39,094 nucleotides of DNA from a virus. Taxonomy: Duplodnaviria; Caudoviricetes. Under the pieces are notes generated by a model. It was not told the DNA's origin, did no database searches, and saw only the letters and a program-made list of their open reading frames with translations. Location of the stretch: the IMG/VR virus record IMGVR_UViG_3300014656_000061, positions 1-39,094 of that record. One strand, written 5' to 3'. A program made the translations under genes and the position numbers. Shown one piece after another: positions 1-8,253 of the stretch; position 1 is the stretch's first letter; every line of letters begins with the position of its first letter.

Positions 1-123
1 CCAACGTAACATACGGTTATTTCTTGAAATATAATGATGGCTGTTTAAGTTTATGGCAACGCCCGAAACTTCACACTTGTATCCTGCCAGATATTTTACT
101 GCCTCACTCCATGCCTTATCTAG
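1..123. repeat. Terminal direct repeat, left copy (circular overlap)
   Basis: 1-123 is identical to 38972-39094 (ccaacgtaac...ccttatctag). An ORF reads through the junction, so this is most likely an assembly overlap of a 38,971 bp circular or permuted genome. Confidence 0.97.
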
Positions 124-159
124 ATTTTTAGTTAGTGCTTTCTTGCTGGGGCTTCTCAT
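1..159 (-). CDS. 5' part of junction-spanning NinG/HNH-like endonuclease (continues at 38971..38762, 122 aa in total)
   Basis: ATG at 159 gives MRSPSKKALTKNLDKAWSEAVKYLAGYKCEVSGVAINLNSHHYISRNNRMLRW, in frame with the 38762..38983 ORF (DPRNGVCVSAKHH). The LDxxWS...C...HH..R....RWD..N...C/H pattern is NinG/HNH-like. Confidence 0.8.
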   Translation of the reverse strand, partial: MRSPSKKALTKNLDKAWSEAVKYLAGYKCEVSGVAINLNSHHYISRNNRMLRW

Positions 160-364
160 TAACAAGATTTACTTTGACCTTTCTTGGACCCGACTTATCC
201 ACTTTAAGTAATTTGTCGGCCACATCACCGTAAACATGATATACACCAGCTAAAAGTTTAACTGGGTACTGATATCTATATAGTCTCTTATAAAGCGTCT
301 GGATATGCACACCAGATATTTTTGCTATTTCATATATTGTGTATAGGTCGTCGTGTTCAAACAT
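128..364 (-). CDS. Small HTH DNA-binding protein (excisionase/MerR-like)
   Basis: LYTIYEIAKISGVHIQTLYKRL helix-turn-helix pattern; TGATATAAT at 385-393 upstream. Confidence 0.7.
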   Translation of the reverse strand: MFEHDDLYTIYEIAKISGVHIQTLYKRLYRYQYPVKLLAGVYHVYGDVADKLLKVDKSGPRKVKVNLVNEKPQQESTN

Positions 365-412
365 ATTCTTGTTCTAATATCTTAATTATATCATAGTTGA
401 TTTCTGGGGAGA

Positions 413-808
413 TTACAACCCCTCATATTCCCTTATCTTACTAAGTACTAACTCTCCAAAGTGTTCCATTGTCTTAATATAGAACTTTCCAAAATCCTCC
501 TTATTCTCTTTGACTTTCCTGTTGTACTTCTTCTCATACATAACAACTATTTTCTTGTATAGCTTCTGGCTTGGTTTTTCATTGTCTTCTAATGTAAGTT
601 CCTTGGGTATAGCCTCTATGACCTCCTCCATGTCTGCTTCAACGTTTAATCCAATTGGCGTATCAGTCATTACTAAGAAGCTAACACAGCCCCTCTTGTT
701 GTCTATTTCGTCAAGGCTTTTCCACTGCTGGAGAGACACTACATGAACCCCAACCCCATCATCTCCGATCCTCCTACACCTTTTTATTTCGCACGGCATG
801 GTCTTCAT
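413..808 (-). CDS. Hypothetical protein
   Basis: 131-aa ORF in a tightly packed minus-strand run. Confidence 0.65.
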   Translation of the reverse strand: MKTMPCEIKRCRRIGDDGVGVHVVSLQQWKSLDEIDNKRGCVSFLVMTDTPIGLNVEADMEEVIEAIPKELTLEDNEKPSQKLYKKIVVMYEKKYNRKVKENKEDFGKFYIKTMEHFGELVLSKIREYEGL

Positions 809-1265
809 TCTTGTATTGCATTAATTTATCTATAACTTTTAAGGTCTTCTCGTTAATCCTTCGGGATCCTCTAGTATCTGCATACCACACTTTAAGCTCT
901 TCGTATCCTTCTCCCTTGCACCTCATAGCGCCCATCCAGTCACAATACATTTCTAATATCGACTTGCTATCCATTTCCCGTAAGCTACCGTACACCCAAT
1001 ATTGCCAATGGTGTTTGTTACTTTCCCTGTGTTTCAGCCATTCCTCATTGAACTCACTATATTCAGTAGCAATGAACAATCCCTCCGGCAGTGCCTTGCG
1101 TTCCCCGTTAGTCCAGGCGTATCGTGCATAGACCACAAATCTCCATGGTAGAAATTTGTCAAGATCGTGTACTATGCCTTCCCAGTACAGATTAAATTTG
1201 AAACAGTACAGCATTACATACCATTTATGACGGATCAGATACCACAAGTATTTCAAGTATTTCAT
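774..1265 (-). CDS. DUF5662-like HD-superfamily protein
   Basis: Motifs HKWYV, GIVHDLDKF, WLKH...NKHHWQYW and EMYCDW. Confidence 0.75.
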   Translation of the reverse strand: MKYLKYLWYLIRHKWYVMLYCFKFNLYWEGIVHDLDKFLPWRFVVYARYAWTNGERKALPEGLFIATEYSEFNEEWLKHRESNKHHWQYWVYGSLREMDSKSILEMYCDWMGAMRCKGEGYEELKVWYADTRGSRRINEKTLKVIDKLMQYKNEDHAVRNKKV

Positions 1266-1267
1266 GT

Positions 1268-1882
1268 CTACCTCTCTGAACTTAATAATCTCTCAACTTT
1301 CTCTCTGACAGGAATGTCCAAATTACAGACAGGGAAATTACATGCATAATAATTGTAGTGAATAGCTATCCTTTCCAACTCTTTCTTATTAAAGCTCCTC
1401 TCGGATAGCACTCTTTTAAGGGTATCAACATAGTTTTCCATTTCCTTGTGGTATGGCTTCAATATTTCGTATAACTGGTCAAATATCTCCTCTTTCAAGT
1501 TCCCGTTTGCTATCTGCCATTCTTCCATATCCTTCATTCCCAACTTTGCAAACCTTATACACTCCTCTGTGTTATTCTCAACTTCTTTTTCTGGCTGTGA
1601 TACTTCTTCATACTCTTGCTTGTCTATTATAATATGTTTCTTTCCCCCAACCTTGAACCATATATCTTTTTCAACTAAATCAAATGGACTCCCCTCTGGC
1701 TGTGATACTGATTGATTACGGACTTCTACTAACCCATTTAATTGAATCCATCTGATTGCTTCCGCAATATCCCTTACATCTCCAAATGAATAAAACAATA
1801 CGCTGTTTCTAGGTTCAACATCCCAACATATCTTAATTCCATCTCTTAATACTTCGTATGTGCCACCATTATTTTTCTTCAT
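1268..1882 (-). CDS. Hypothetical protein
   Basis: 204-aa ORF abutting its neighbours. Confidence 0.65.
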   Translation of the reverse strand: MKKNNGGTYEVLRDGIKICWDVEPRNSVLFYSFGDVRDIAEAIRWIQLNGLVEVRNQSVSQPEGSPFDLVEKDIWFKVGGKKHIIIDKQEYEEVSQPEKEVENNTEECIRFAKLGMKDMEEWQIANGNLKEEIFDQLYEILKPYHKEMENYVDTLKRVLSERSFNKKELERIAIHYNYYACNFPVCNLDIPVREKVERLLSSER

Positions 1883-2129
1883 TGCCTTTTAATTCTAAAA
1901 TTATTTTATTGTCTTCTATCCCCTGTTTGATTGACTGAAATAGATATGAATAAGAACTCCCTCCATAGTTTTTCTTTTCTCTTCCTAACATAACTTCTAC
2001 ATATTGGGTAAAACTCACCTCACCTTTGAAACAAGCAATAGATAACTCTATTTCTTCATCCGTGTATTCTCGCAACCTCTTTCTCTTCGTTCTCGTTATT
2101 AATGCTTTTTGAAGCAATGTCTTCTTCAT
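1869..2129 (-). CDS. Hypothetical protein
   Basis: 86-aa basic ORF with an AT-rich leader. Confidence 0.65.
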   Translation of the reverse strand: MKKTLLQKALITRTKRKRLREYTDEEIELSIACFKGEVSFTQYVEVMLGREKKNYGGSSYSYLFQSIKQGIEDNKIILELKGNEEK

Positions 2130-2149
2130 TATTCTTTAGATTTTAATTA

Positions 2150-2255
2150 AATTAAATACAGTGGCACATACATAGTATTTCCTACTTCATAGACCGAACT
2201 ATTGTCCAATCTCCATAGGCGTAGATTTGGGTTTGCCCAACCCTATTAAATTCTG
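2150..2255 (-). ncRNA. Putative TnpB omegaRNA scaffold overlapping the tnpB 3' end
   Basis: Hairpin GGGTTGGGCAAACCC followed by CTACGCCTATGGAG...TCTATGAAGTAGGAA, which resembles typical IS605 3' scaffold wording. Boundaries are uncertain. Confidence 0.55.
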
Positions 2256-3359
2256 TTTATCAAACGCAAAGTCCCTTATATTTATAGCTGCATTGATATC
2301 TCTGTCGTGCTTTGCACCACATTCACAAACCCATACTCTATCTGCAAGTGTAAGCCTCTTATTAATAGCACCACAGACACTACAAGTTTTTGAACTTGGT
2401 TCAAATCTTCCAATCTCTAATACATTCTTACCAGCCCACTCACTTTTATACTTAAGGAAAGACGTAAATTCTCTCCACCCACAGTCTGTAATAGCCTTTG
2501 ATAATCTTCTGTTTTTCAACATTCCTTTAATATTCAGATTCTCAATACAAAATGTGTCTACTTCGCTATCCACCAGTTCCCTAGATATCTTGTGCAGATA
2601 GTCTGTTCTCTGATTTTTAATCCTCTCGTGTAGTTTTGCTACTGTAACTCTTTGCTTCGTCCAGTTCTTTCCTCCTTTAATCATTCTTGATAACCTTCTT
2701 CTTTCTCTCCTTAATTTTTTCTCTGATAGTTTGAGATACTTCGGATTTGGATACTTCTTCCCATCAGATGTGATTAGATAGTCCTTTATCCCCAAATCAA
2801 TGCCGATTGCTGTATCATATTTGACGGGTTTTTCTTCTATATTGAGAATCTCATTCCGAACTAATACCGAAGCATAGTATTTCCCAGAAGACACTTGAGA
2901 AATTGTAACCCCTTCCATTATTCCGTCAAACTCTCTATGAAAAACACACTTAATCCCTTCTCGGAATTTCATAAGATATAATTTCTCTCTTACAAAAGAA
3001 GCCCTAGATTTCTGTGGGAAACTTATGCAGAGCCTCGTGCTTCTGTTTTTAGGCTTCGGAAACCCATGCTTTTCTCTAAAGAATCGTGTAAAAGCACTGT
3101 CTAGGTGAAGTAAAGCCATCTGCAGTGATTGAGAATTAACACCATTAAGCCAACTATTTTCAGCTTCCCTTTTTAAGATTGTCAATTCCTTTTGTAAATT
3201 ATACCTAGAAATAGCCTTCCCATTTTTCTTGTAGAATTGTATCTTTCTCTCTAAACCCCAATTATATACCCAGACAACAGCAGAGAAATGCTTTGACAGT
3301 AATAACTCCTGTTCTTTATTGGGGTATATCCGATATTGATATGTTATTACTTGCTTCAT
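2199..3359 (-). CDS. tnpB: IS200/IS605-family RNA-guided endonuclease TnpB (solo, no tnpA)
   Basis: N-terminal YQYRIYPNKEQ HTH; RuvC-I GIDLGIKD; RuvC-II IENLNIKGM; Zn ribbon CSVCG..CECG; RuvC-III DRDINAAINI. The D-E-D triad is intact. Confidence 0.95.
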   Translation of the reverse strand: MKQVITYQYRIYPNKEQELLLSKHFSAVVWVYNWGLERKIQFYKKNGKAISRYNLQKELTILKREAENSWLNGVNSQSLQMALLHLDSAFTRFFREKHGFPKPKNRSTRLCISFPQKSRASFVREKLYLMKFREGIKCVFHREFDGIMEGVTISQVSSGKYYASVLVRNEILNIEEKPVKYDTAIGIDLGIKDYLITSDGKKYPNPKYLKLSEKKLRRERRRLSRMIKGGKNWTKQRVTVAKLHERIKNQRTDYLHKISRELVDSEVDTFCIENLNIKGMLKNRRLSKAITDCGWREFTSFLKYKSEWAGKNVLEIGRFEPSSKTCSVCGAINKRLTLADRVWVCECGAKHDRDINAAINIRDFAFDKQNLIGLGKPKSTPMEIGQ

Positions 3360-3364
3360 ACTCT

Positions 3365-3408
3365 ATTATACCACATTTAACATAAACATGATATATTGTT
3401 AAAGAGCC
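3365..3408 (-). promoter_or_regulatory. boxA-like motif plus extended -10 promoter, leaderless tnpB
   Basis: GGCTCTTTAACAAT (about 3395-3408), then TGGTATAAT (3365-3373) 5 nt before the ATG. Confidence 0.65.
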
Positions 3409-3417
3409 TTACACTAA

Positions 3418-4125
3418 CTAACCAACTAAACTATTTATTTTATTTCTAATCTCCATCTCCTTTTCATAATAATGGATAAACTCTTCCAAACTTTTATCTT
3501 TATTTATCTTCATGTCCTTTATCATTGACCATTCACACATATCCACTCCATGTTGATAAGCCTCTTTCTTTGATTCTGATAACTCTCGCAATATGATTTC
3601 ACGAACCCTTTTGTTTACTGCACTCTTCACATCTTGAAAGAGTTTCTCATCGGTAATCATCTCATCTAGTGTATCTTCAAGCCCCAACATATCTTCTTCC
3701 CACTGTTTCATTGGTATTCCTTCTCTCTCCCCACTCTGGCTCTTTGTTTCCTCTCCATTAGTAGGTGTTTCTTCTGTCCCTTTTTTAATTTGATTGGGGA
3801 GTTCAACTTCGGTCTGATTACAAACAATATTCCCATTCTTATCCATAAATCCCTTATATGGTTCTAAAGCGTCCAGTCTTTCCACAATTAATGGAATGTT
3901 CACTTCTTTTTTGTGTATGACTCCATCAAATAAGTCTCTTATATTTACCCCGTTTTCACTTAAATTCACGACATTTTTAATCTGGTGTATAATACTGTTT
4001 GCAATGAATTCGTGATTTTCTATCCCATTTTTATCTAGCATAGAACCAATACTTAGTATTAAAAGAATTGACTCAACACGAAGTGTTTGGCTGTTATACA
4101 ACTGCGCAACTTTTTCCTTTTTCAT
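3418..4125 (-). CDS. Hypothetical protein
   Basis: 235-aa ORF. Confidence 0.65.
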   Translation of the reverse strand: MKKEKVAQLYNSQTLRVESILLILSIGSMLDKNGIENHEFIANSIIHQIKNVVNLSENGVNIRDLFDGVIHKKEVNIPLIVERLDALEPYKGFMDKNGNIVCNQTEVELPNQIKKGTEETPTNGEETKSQSGEREGIPMKQWEEDMLGLEDTLDEMITDEKLFQDVKSAVNKRVREIILRELSESKKEAYQHGVDMCEWSMIKDMKINKDKSLEEFIHYYEKEMEIRNKINSLVG

Positions 4126-4182
4126 ATATTCTAATACTAAAAATTATTTACTGATCCCTGTTGTTGTTCTTAATTTATATAC

Positions 4183-4551
4183 TTACTTACTCTTAATATT
4201 TTTCTTTTCTTTTTTTGCGGACTTTGACCAAACCTGTTTTAGGAATTCAACCTCTTGTTTAGAAGTGCCTATTACTGCCCACTCTCTTTTCATTCCTGTA
4301 AAGAACGGGTCTATATGTATAGTGATATCGTAGTTCTTCTCTGGGTATATATATAAGCTCTCAACTAATTGGATTGCTGGTATACGAAGCCTAGGGGACA
4401 CAATAAATAGAATACTTTTAGCACCTGTCTTCTTGAGTTCCTTCAGCAGGTTGTGTTCGTTTAGTACATCAGGGTTATGGTATGCTCTTTTGTACTTGGT
4501 TTTCCCAAACTTCGGGAAGAAAAAAGAAATAAATCTTTTTAATAGGTTCAT
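4183..4551 (-). CDS. Hypothetical protein
   Basis: 122-aa ORF with an AT-rich leader. Confidence 0.6.
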   Translation of the reverse strand: MNLLKRFISFFFPKFGKTKYKRAYHNPDVLNEHNLLKELKKTGAKSILFIVSPRLRIPAIQLVESLYIYPEKNYDITIHIDPFFTGMKREWAVIGTSKQEVEFLKQVWSKSAKKEKKNIKSK

Positions 4552-4607
4552 TTGTTAAAAATAATAATTTATATACACCACTCTAAACTACTCTTAATAA
4601 CTAAAAA

Positions 4608-4683
4608 GAGGGGATAGGAATATCAGATTCCACGATTGTACAAAGAACTTCGATTCGTACAAGTATGACTTGCTTGTCCCCTC
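4608..4683 (-). ncRNA. 76-nt multi-stem element (cloverleaf-like or terminator)
   Basis: Closing stem GAGGGGA/TCCCCTC, internal stems TTGTAC/GTACAA and GGAAT/ATTCC, followed by TTTTT. Preceded by boxA-like GAGTTCTTTTAA. Confidence 0.45.
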
Positions 4684-4722
4684 AACTCAATCATTAAAAG
4701 AACTCTTATTAAATACTAAATA

Positions 4723-4894
4723 GGAGAGAGGTAAGTCATTTCAACTTACACAGGGAGGTTAGTCTTTCCTTTCGGCAACTACCTAACGGTTTCACTGAAT
4801 TTCACAGTTCCCTTTTCCCCAGCCCCCCCTGAAAAGATACTTTTACGAAATATCTTCACACGGAGGTTGCGTCTATACTTCCGCCACTCTCTCC
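4723..4894 (-). ncRNA. tRNA-like RNA with a large insert replacing the anticodon arm
   Basis: Acceptor GGAGAGAG/CTCTCTCC; Leu-type D arm TGGCGGAAGTATAGACGC; T-arm-like GTAAGT-TGAAATG-ACTTAC; about 120 nt in between. Confidence 0.6.
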
Positions 4895-4922
4895 AATATA
4901 ATATTCAATTGTTAATGGACTC

Positions 4923-5040
4923 TATGAGATACTCTGGGTAGGGATTCAAACCCTACACTTCGCCTAACACCTCGGCTTTCGCAAGATTTTATTCTTACTG
5001 GTTTAGCAACTACTCCTTTATGCCACCAAAGTACCTCATA
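4923..5040 (-). ncRNA. tRNA-like RNA with extended acceptor stem
   Basis: 15-bp closing stem TATGAGGTACTTTGG/CCAGAGTATCTCATA with G-U pairs; D-like TGGCATAAAGGAGTAGTTGC; T arm GTAGGG-TTTGAAT-CCCTAC. Confidence 0.6.
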
Positions 5041-5045
5041 CAATC

Positions 5046-5061
5046 AATTTTCAAAGAACTC
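5046..5061 (-). promoter_or_regulatory. boxA-like antitermination motif
   Basis: GAGTTCTTTGAAAATT matches the rrn boxA-type GTTCTTTGAAAA. Variants at 4907-4922 and 4691-4705. Confidence 0.6.
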
Positions 5062-5062
5062 T

Positions 5063-5120
5063 AAAAGACTATTCCTAAACCCCAGATAATTTGTGATTAT
5101 CCAGAATCAGGGAGCAATCC
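5063..5120 (-). terminator. Long G-U-rich hairpin with T tail after the glucosaminidase-like gene
   Basis: GGATTG..TTCTGGATAAT-cacaa-ATTATCTGGGG..TAGTCT-TTT. Confidence 0.5.
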
Positions 5121-5121
5121 T

Positions 5122-5817
5122 CTAAATAGGCATTGCGTTATAAGCACTCATAAAGTTATTAGTCCATGAGCTTACTCTGTCGTTCCCGGTATACTTACTT
5201 GTAACCTGTGTGTTTCTACCTATTTGCATGTAAGACTTGCTTATTCCGTTACATATAACTCTACTCATTTCGTCATAGCTTGGGTCGTACTGTCTGTTGT
5301 TTTTGTAGAAATATCCATAGAAATTAGATTTTCTATTTGTGTTTCTCCCCATACTTGTTTCTGATACCGAGATAGCTATAACAACCCTTAATGTTTCGTT
5401 GTCACAATACTTGGCCAAACTATTAAGATACTCCTGATTAAATCTAGCACCAGGGTACGAAGCTATGTATCTGGTTATTGAGTCCGGGATTACCCGGGTG
5501 CTAGCCTGTTCAACAACTGGCGTAACTGGTTCTGGTTGTATATACCAAACCTTTCCACTCTCATCGATCTCTACCTTCTGTCCATTAACTACGTCACCAC
5601 TCTGTAATACCGTTTCTACGGCTTCTACAGGCTCTATGACTGCTTGTTCCTGCGGTTTGACTGTAACTAACCTAATGACCAAATATAGAAGAATATAGAG
5701 GATCACAAGAAGAAATACTCTCCTAAAGATAACCTCACCTCTTCTCTTGCCATCAAGTAGATTTACACCCTTGATCCCACCCAACTTACTTTTTACATAA
5801 CTAAATATATTCTTCAT
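5122..5817 (-). CDS. Membrane-anchored lysozyme-like (glucosaminidase-type) protein
   Basis: N-terminal TM helix (VFLLVILYILLYLVIRLV); C-terminal VVIAISVSETSMGR...NFYGY resembles the lysozyme-fold catalytic Glu region. Confidence 0.55.
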   Translation of the reverse strand: MKNIFSYVKSKLGGIKGVNLLDGKRRGEVIFRRVFLLVILYILLYLVIRLVTVKPQEQAVIEPVEAVETVLQSGDVVNGQKVEIDESGKVWYIQPEPVTPVVEQASTRVIPDSITRYIASYPGARFNQEYLNSLAKYCDNETLRVVIAISVSETSMGRNTNRKSNFYGYFYKNNRQYDPSYDEMSRVICNGISKSYMQIGRNTQVTSKYTGNDRVSSWTNNFMSAYNAMPI

Positions 5818-5847
5818 TTTGAATATATTAATAATTTAATTATCTTA

Positions 5848-5875
5848 ATTATATACTATCTGTAGCTGGTGTCAA
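5848..5875 (-). promoter_or_regulatory. Consensus sigma70 promoter
   Basis: TTGACA-16 nt-TATAAT. Confidence 0.8.
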
Positions 5876-6508
5876 GGGGTCTGTTTTGGCTTGTAGTAAT
5901 TTGCTGATCCTATCTCTATTGGCGTCAATCCAGTCTTTCCATTCAAAGTTATATTCAACCCTCTCAACTATACACTTGCCGTTTATTTGAGGTATTACCA
6001 AAAACATGGGGAGTTTTTCGGGGAGTGTGTAATTGTACATAGTTAATTGGTTTGCTAGTTTATGAAGTTTTTTTGAATCTGGCTTGTAGGTCTTTCTGTT
6101 CCATGCACCCCATGTCTTAATATCTCCGATTGCCCTATCTACGCCGAGCCTATCATTCTTGATGATCAGGTCGAATCTCCCGGCGTAACCATACTTCTCA
6201 CAGTACACTTCTTGCTCGCTGTCTAGTATCTCCCAGCCTTGGTCAAAGAAGTCATTAACAGCGTCCTTGTATTTACGATCGGTATCATCTTCTACGGTGT
6301 CTGCCCATTCTGATATGTTATGAAACCTATTCTCGAAGTAGGCGTGGTACCTCTCACCAAGTTTGACCGAATGTTTGTTAATCCAATCCGGGTCTAGTTT
6401 GTTCTTCATTGCCCAAAGATTAAACCCCTCTTTGTCAAACCCAAACATTAGGTCGATGATACTCGTTACACTTATATATTTTTTACCGTTTCTCTCGTAT
6501 ATTCTCAC
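5849..6508 (-). CDS. PD-(D/E)XK exonuclease (lambda-exo/Cas4-like fold)
   Basis: Motifs YISVTSII, G...H, YAGRFDLI, IGDIKT and QLTMY; GTG start. Confidence 0.85.
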   Translation of the reverse strand: MRIYERNGKKYISVTSIIDLMFGFDKEGFNLWAMKNKLDPDWINKHSVKLGERYHAYFENRFHNISEWADTVEDDTDRKYKDAVNDFFDQGWEILDSEQEVYCEKYGYAGRFDLIIKNDRLGVDRAIGDIKTWGAWNRKTYKPDSKKLHKLANQLTMYNYTLPEKLPMFLVIPQINGKCIVERVEYNFEWKDWIDANRDRISKLLQAKTDPLTPATDSI

Positions 6509-6547
6509 CTGATCTCTGTATAACTAAAATTTAATTATCTAACCAAA

Positions 6548-6670
6548 GCACAGAGTAGAGATTTGCACTCTACAGTTCCAAATACGGCTTAATGAATACA
6601 GTATTGTATTATTTGACCAATACAAGTAACCCTATTCGCCACTAGTGTCTATCTATTCCACCATCTGTGC
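6548..6670 (-). ncRNA. tRNA-like RNA with an insert replacing the anticodon arm
   Basis: Perfect 7-bp acceptor GCACAGA/TCTGTGC; Leu-type D arm TGGTGGAATAGATAGACAC; T arm GTAGAG-TGCAAAT-CTCTAC; about 70-nt insert. Confidence 0.65.
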
Positions 6671-6678
6671 ATAACCTT

Positions 6679-6951
6679 TTAAGGAATCAGTCCTTTCTTT
6701 TTTAAATTATCTACATGTTCAGTCAGTATGTCTACAAAAGTCTGATTTCCTTCTTCTTCCTTCTGCTTTCTCCCCTCTTTAGTTCCTTCTTTCTTTGCTT
6801 TCTCTACTTCACTCTCTATAAAATCGTGTAGCTTTGCTTCCTCTGCCCATAAGTCGTTCACCATGCCCTCCCCGCTCATGACCAATGCGTATTCTTTCTC
6901 ACAATCAATCAGTATCTTACCAACCCGCTTCTTTCTTTGTTCTTTTGTCAT
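6679..6951 (-). CDS. Hypothetical protein
   Basis: 90-aa ORF. Confidence 0.6.
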   Translation of the reverse strand: MTKEQRKKRVGKILIDCEKEYALVMSGEGMVNDLWAEEAKLHDFIESEVEKAKKEGTKEGRKQKEEEGNQTFVDILTEHVDNLKKKGLIP

Positions 6952-6969
6952 TTCTATTTAGATATTAAA

Positions 6970-7275
6970 TTAGTCCCACTCATTCGTAGTCTTAACACCT
7001 TTCTCCAACTTGTCCATTCTCTGTTCTAGCAATAGGATTCTGTCTGCAAGACTAATCAACTTCCAGTTCTTATAGGTTTTCCCGTTGTATTCCTCGTCGC
7101 CTAAGCTAATCCCGGTGACCTCCATACCAGCTTCCCATTGATCCGTTACGCCCTGCTTGCCAAATCCGTTATACCATTCGCCTTCTATTTTTAATCCAAT
7201 CCTCTCATACTCCTTTCCTGTCTTAGCGCTTACTTCAACCTTTCTACTAACTTGGTCTAGTTTATATGTTTTCAT
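6970..7275 (-). CDS. Putative OB-fold single-stranded DNA-binding protein
   Basis: Beta-rich small protein (SAKTGKEY..IGLKIEGEWYNGFG..YNGKTYKNWK) close to the exonuclease. Function inferred. Confidence 0.45.
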   Translation of the reverse strand: MKTYKLDQVSRKVEVSAKTGKEYERIGLKIEGEWYNGFGKQGVTDQWEAGMEVTGISLGDEEYNGKTYKNWKLISLADRILLLEQRMDKLEKGVKTTNEWD

Positions 7276-7565
7276 TACTTTTCATTTCTTAAACTTATAT
7301 ATGACTCTCTAGCTTTGTCCAACTTACGATCCTTCTCCTCGTAGCTGGTTATCAACTCTGTCTGCCATTTGGAGCTATCTCCATCTATTGCCTCCCTAGC
7401 CTTTTTAGCTTGGCCGATCATTCTTGGCAGAGCGTCTTCAAAAGGCATCTCTGTTTCTTCTCCCCAGTCTATTCTAGTTTCGAGGTTACTAAACTGTTGG
7501 CCTGTTATTGGCAGCTTAATTGAAAATCCTATGTTATATTTATTCATTCTCGTTCCATTCCTCAA
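7275..7565 (-). CDS. Hypothetical protein
   Basis: ORF coupled to the next gene by a TAATG overlap; the true start is probably MNKYNI. Confidence 0.6.
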   Translation of the reverse strand: MRNGTRMNKYNIGFSIKLPITGQQFSNLETRIDWGEETEMPFEDALPRMIGQAKKAREAIDGDSSKWQTELITSYEEKDRKLDKARESYISLRNEK

Positions 7566-7923
7566 ATTTATATACTTCTACACAATTCTCACCACAATCC
7601 ATACATTTCCCATGGGAGCATCTCTCACCACAACAATTACTCACAATCTCCGGCTCTCCGTATAGCTTCACAACTTCACCGTACTCCTCTGCATTATAGT
7701 TTCTTTCCTTTCCGCTTGGGAGTATCACATCGTATCGCTCCCCATTCTCCAACCTGTCAATCTTCTTTAAGATCTGGACCCTATCGCTCACATCCTTCCA
7801 AAACTTAGTCCATTCACCGTTGCCCATTTCTATCTTCTTTGCTACCTCCACAAACTCGTTCACTGGTCTTTGAGTCTGTAAGTATAACCATCTATAGTTT
7901 TCTATTCCTTCGTAAATGTTCAT
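7540..7923 (-). CDS. Hypothetical protein with C-terminal Cys-rich Zn-binding motif
   Basis: SNCCGERCSHGKCMDCGENC. Confidence 0.65.
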   Translation of the reverse strand: MNIYEGIENYRWLYLQTQRPVNEFVEVAKKIEMGNGEWTKFWKDVSDRVQILKKIDRLENGERYDVILPSGKERNYNAEEYGEVVKLYGEPEIVSNCCGERCSHGKCMDCGENCVEVYKFEEWNENE

Positions 7924-7935
7924 ATTAGTATTTAA

Positions 7936-8187
7936 TTAATTTAATTCCTCTCTATAAACTTTAATCCCACTATTAGTAAATGTCTTACTGGCTATGTAAA
8001 CAGCCTTATTCACTTTGGAGAGATTATTCTCTATAACTGAAACAAACCCATTGTCTATGAGTTTTAAACAGTCCTCGGCTTTCTTTAAGGCACAGCCGTA
8101 TTTGCCTATGAATTGCATGGTGTGTCGTATTGGCTGACCAAACTCAGCATCCATATTCTCACCATCTATAAGTATTTTGTATACCAT
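7936..8187 (-). CDS. Hypothetical protein
   Basis: First ORF after a consensus promoter. Confidence 0.6.
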   Translation of the reverse strand: MVYKILIDGENMDAEFGQPIRHTMQFIGKYGCALKKAEDCLKLIDNGFVSVIENNLSKVNKAVYIASKTFTNSGIKVYREELN

Positions 8188-8217
8188 ATATTTAGGTATA
8201 ATAATTTAATTACCTGA

Positions 8218-8245
8218 ATTATACCATAGGTACACCGCCTGTCAA
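8218..8245 (-). promoter_or_regulatory. Consensus sigma70 promoter with extended -10
   Basis: TTGACA-16 nt (ending TGG)-TATAAT. Confidence 0.85.
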
Positions 8246-8253
8246 ATAATTTA

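Noticed and set aside
1-123. Biological terminal repeat of the virion DNA
   Set aside because: The repeat falls in the middle of a gene and is simply explained as an assembler overlap. Real termini cannot be determined without reads.
4723-4894. tmRNA or group I intron-containing tRNA
   Set aside because: Too short for either; no Ala-type G3-U70 acceptor, tag reading frame or intron core recognised.
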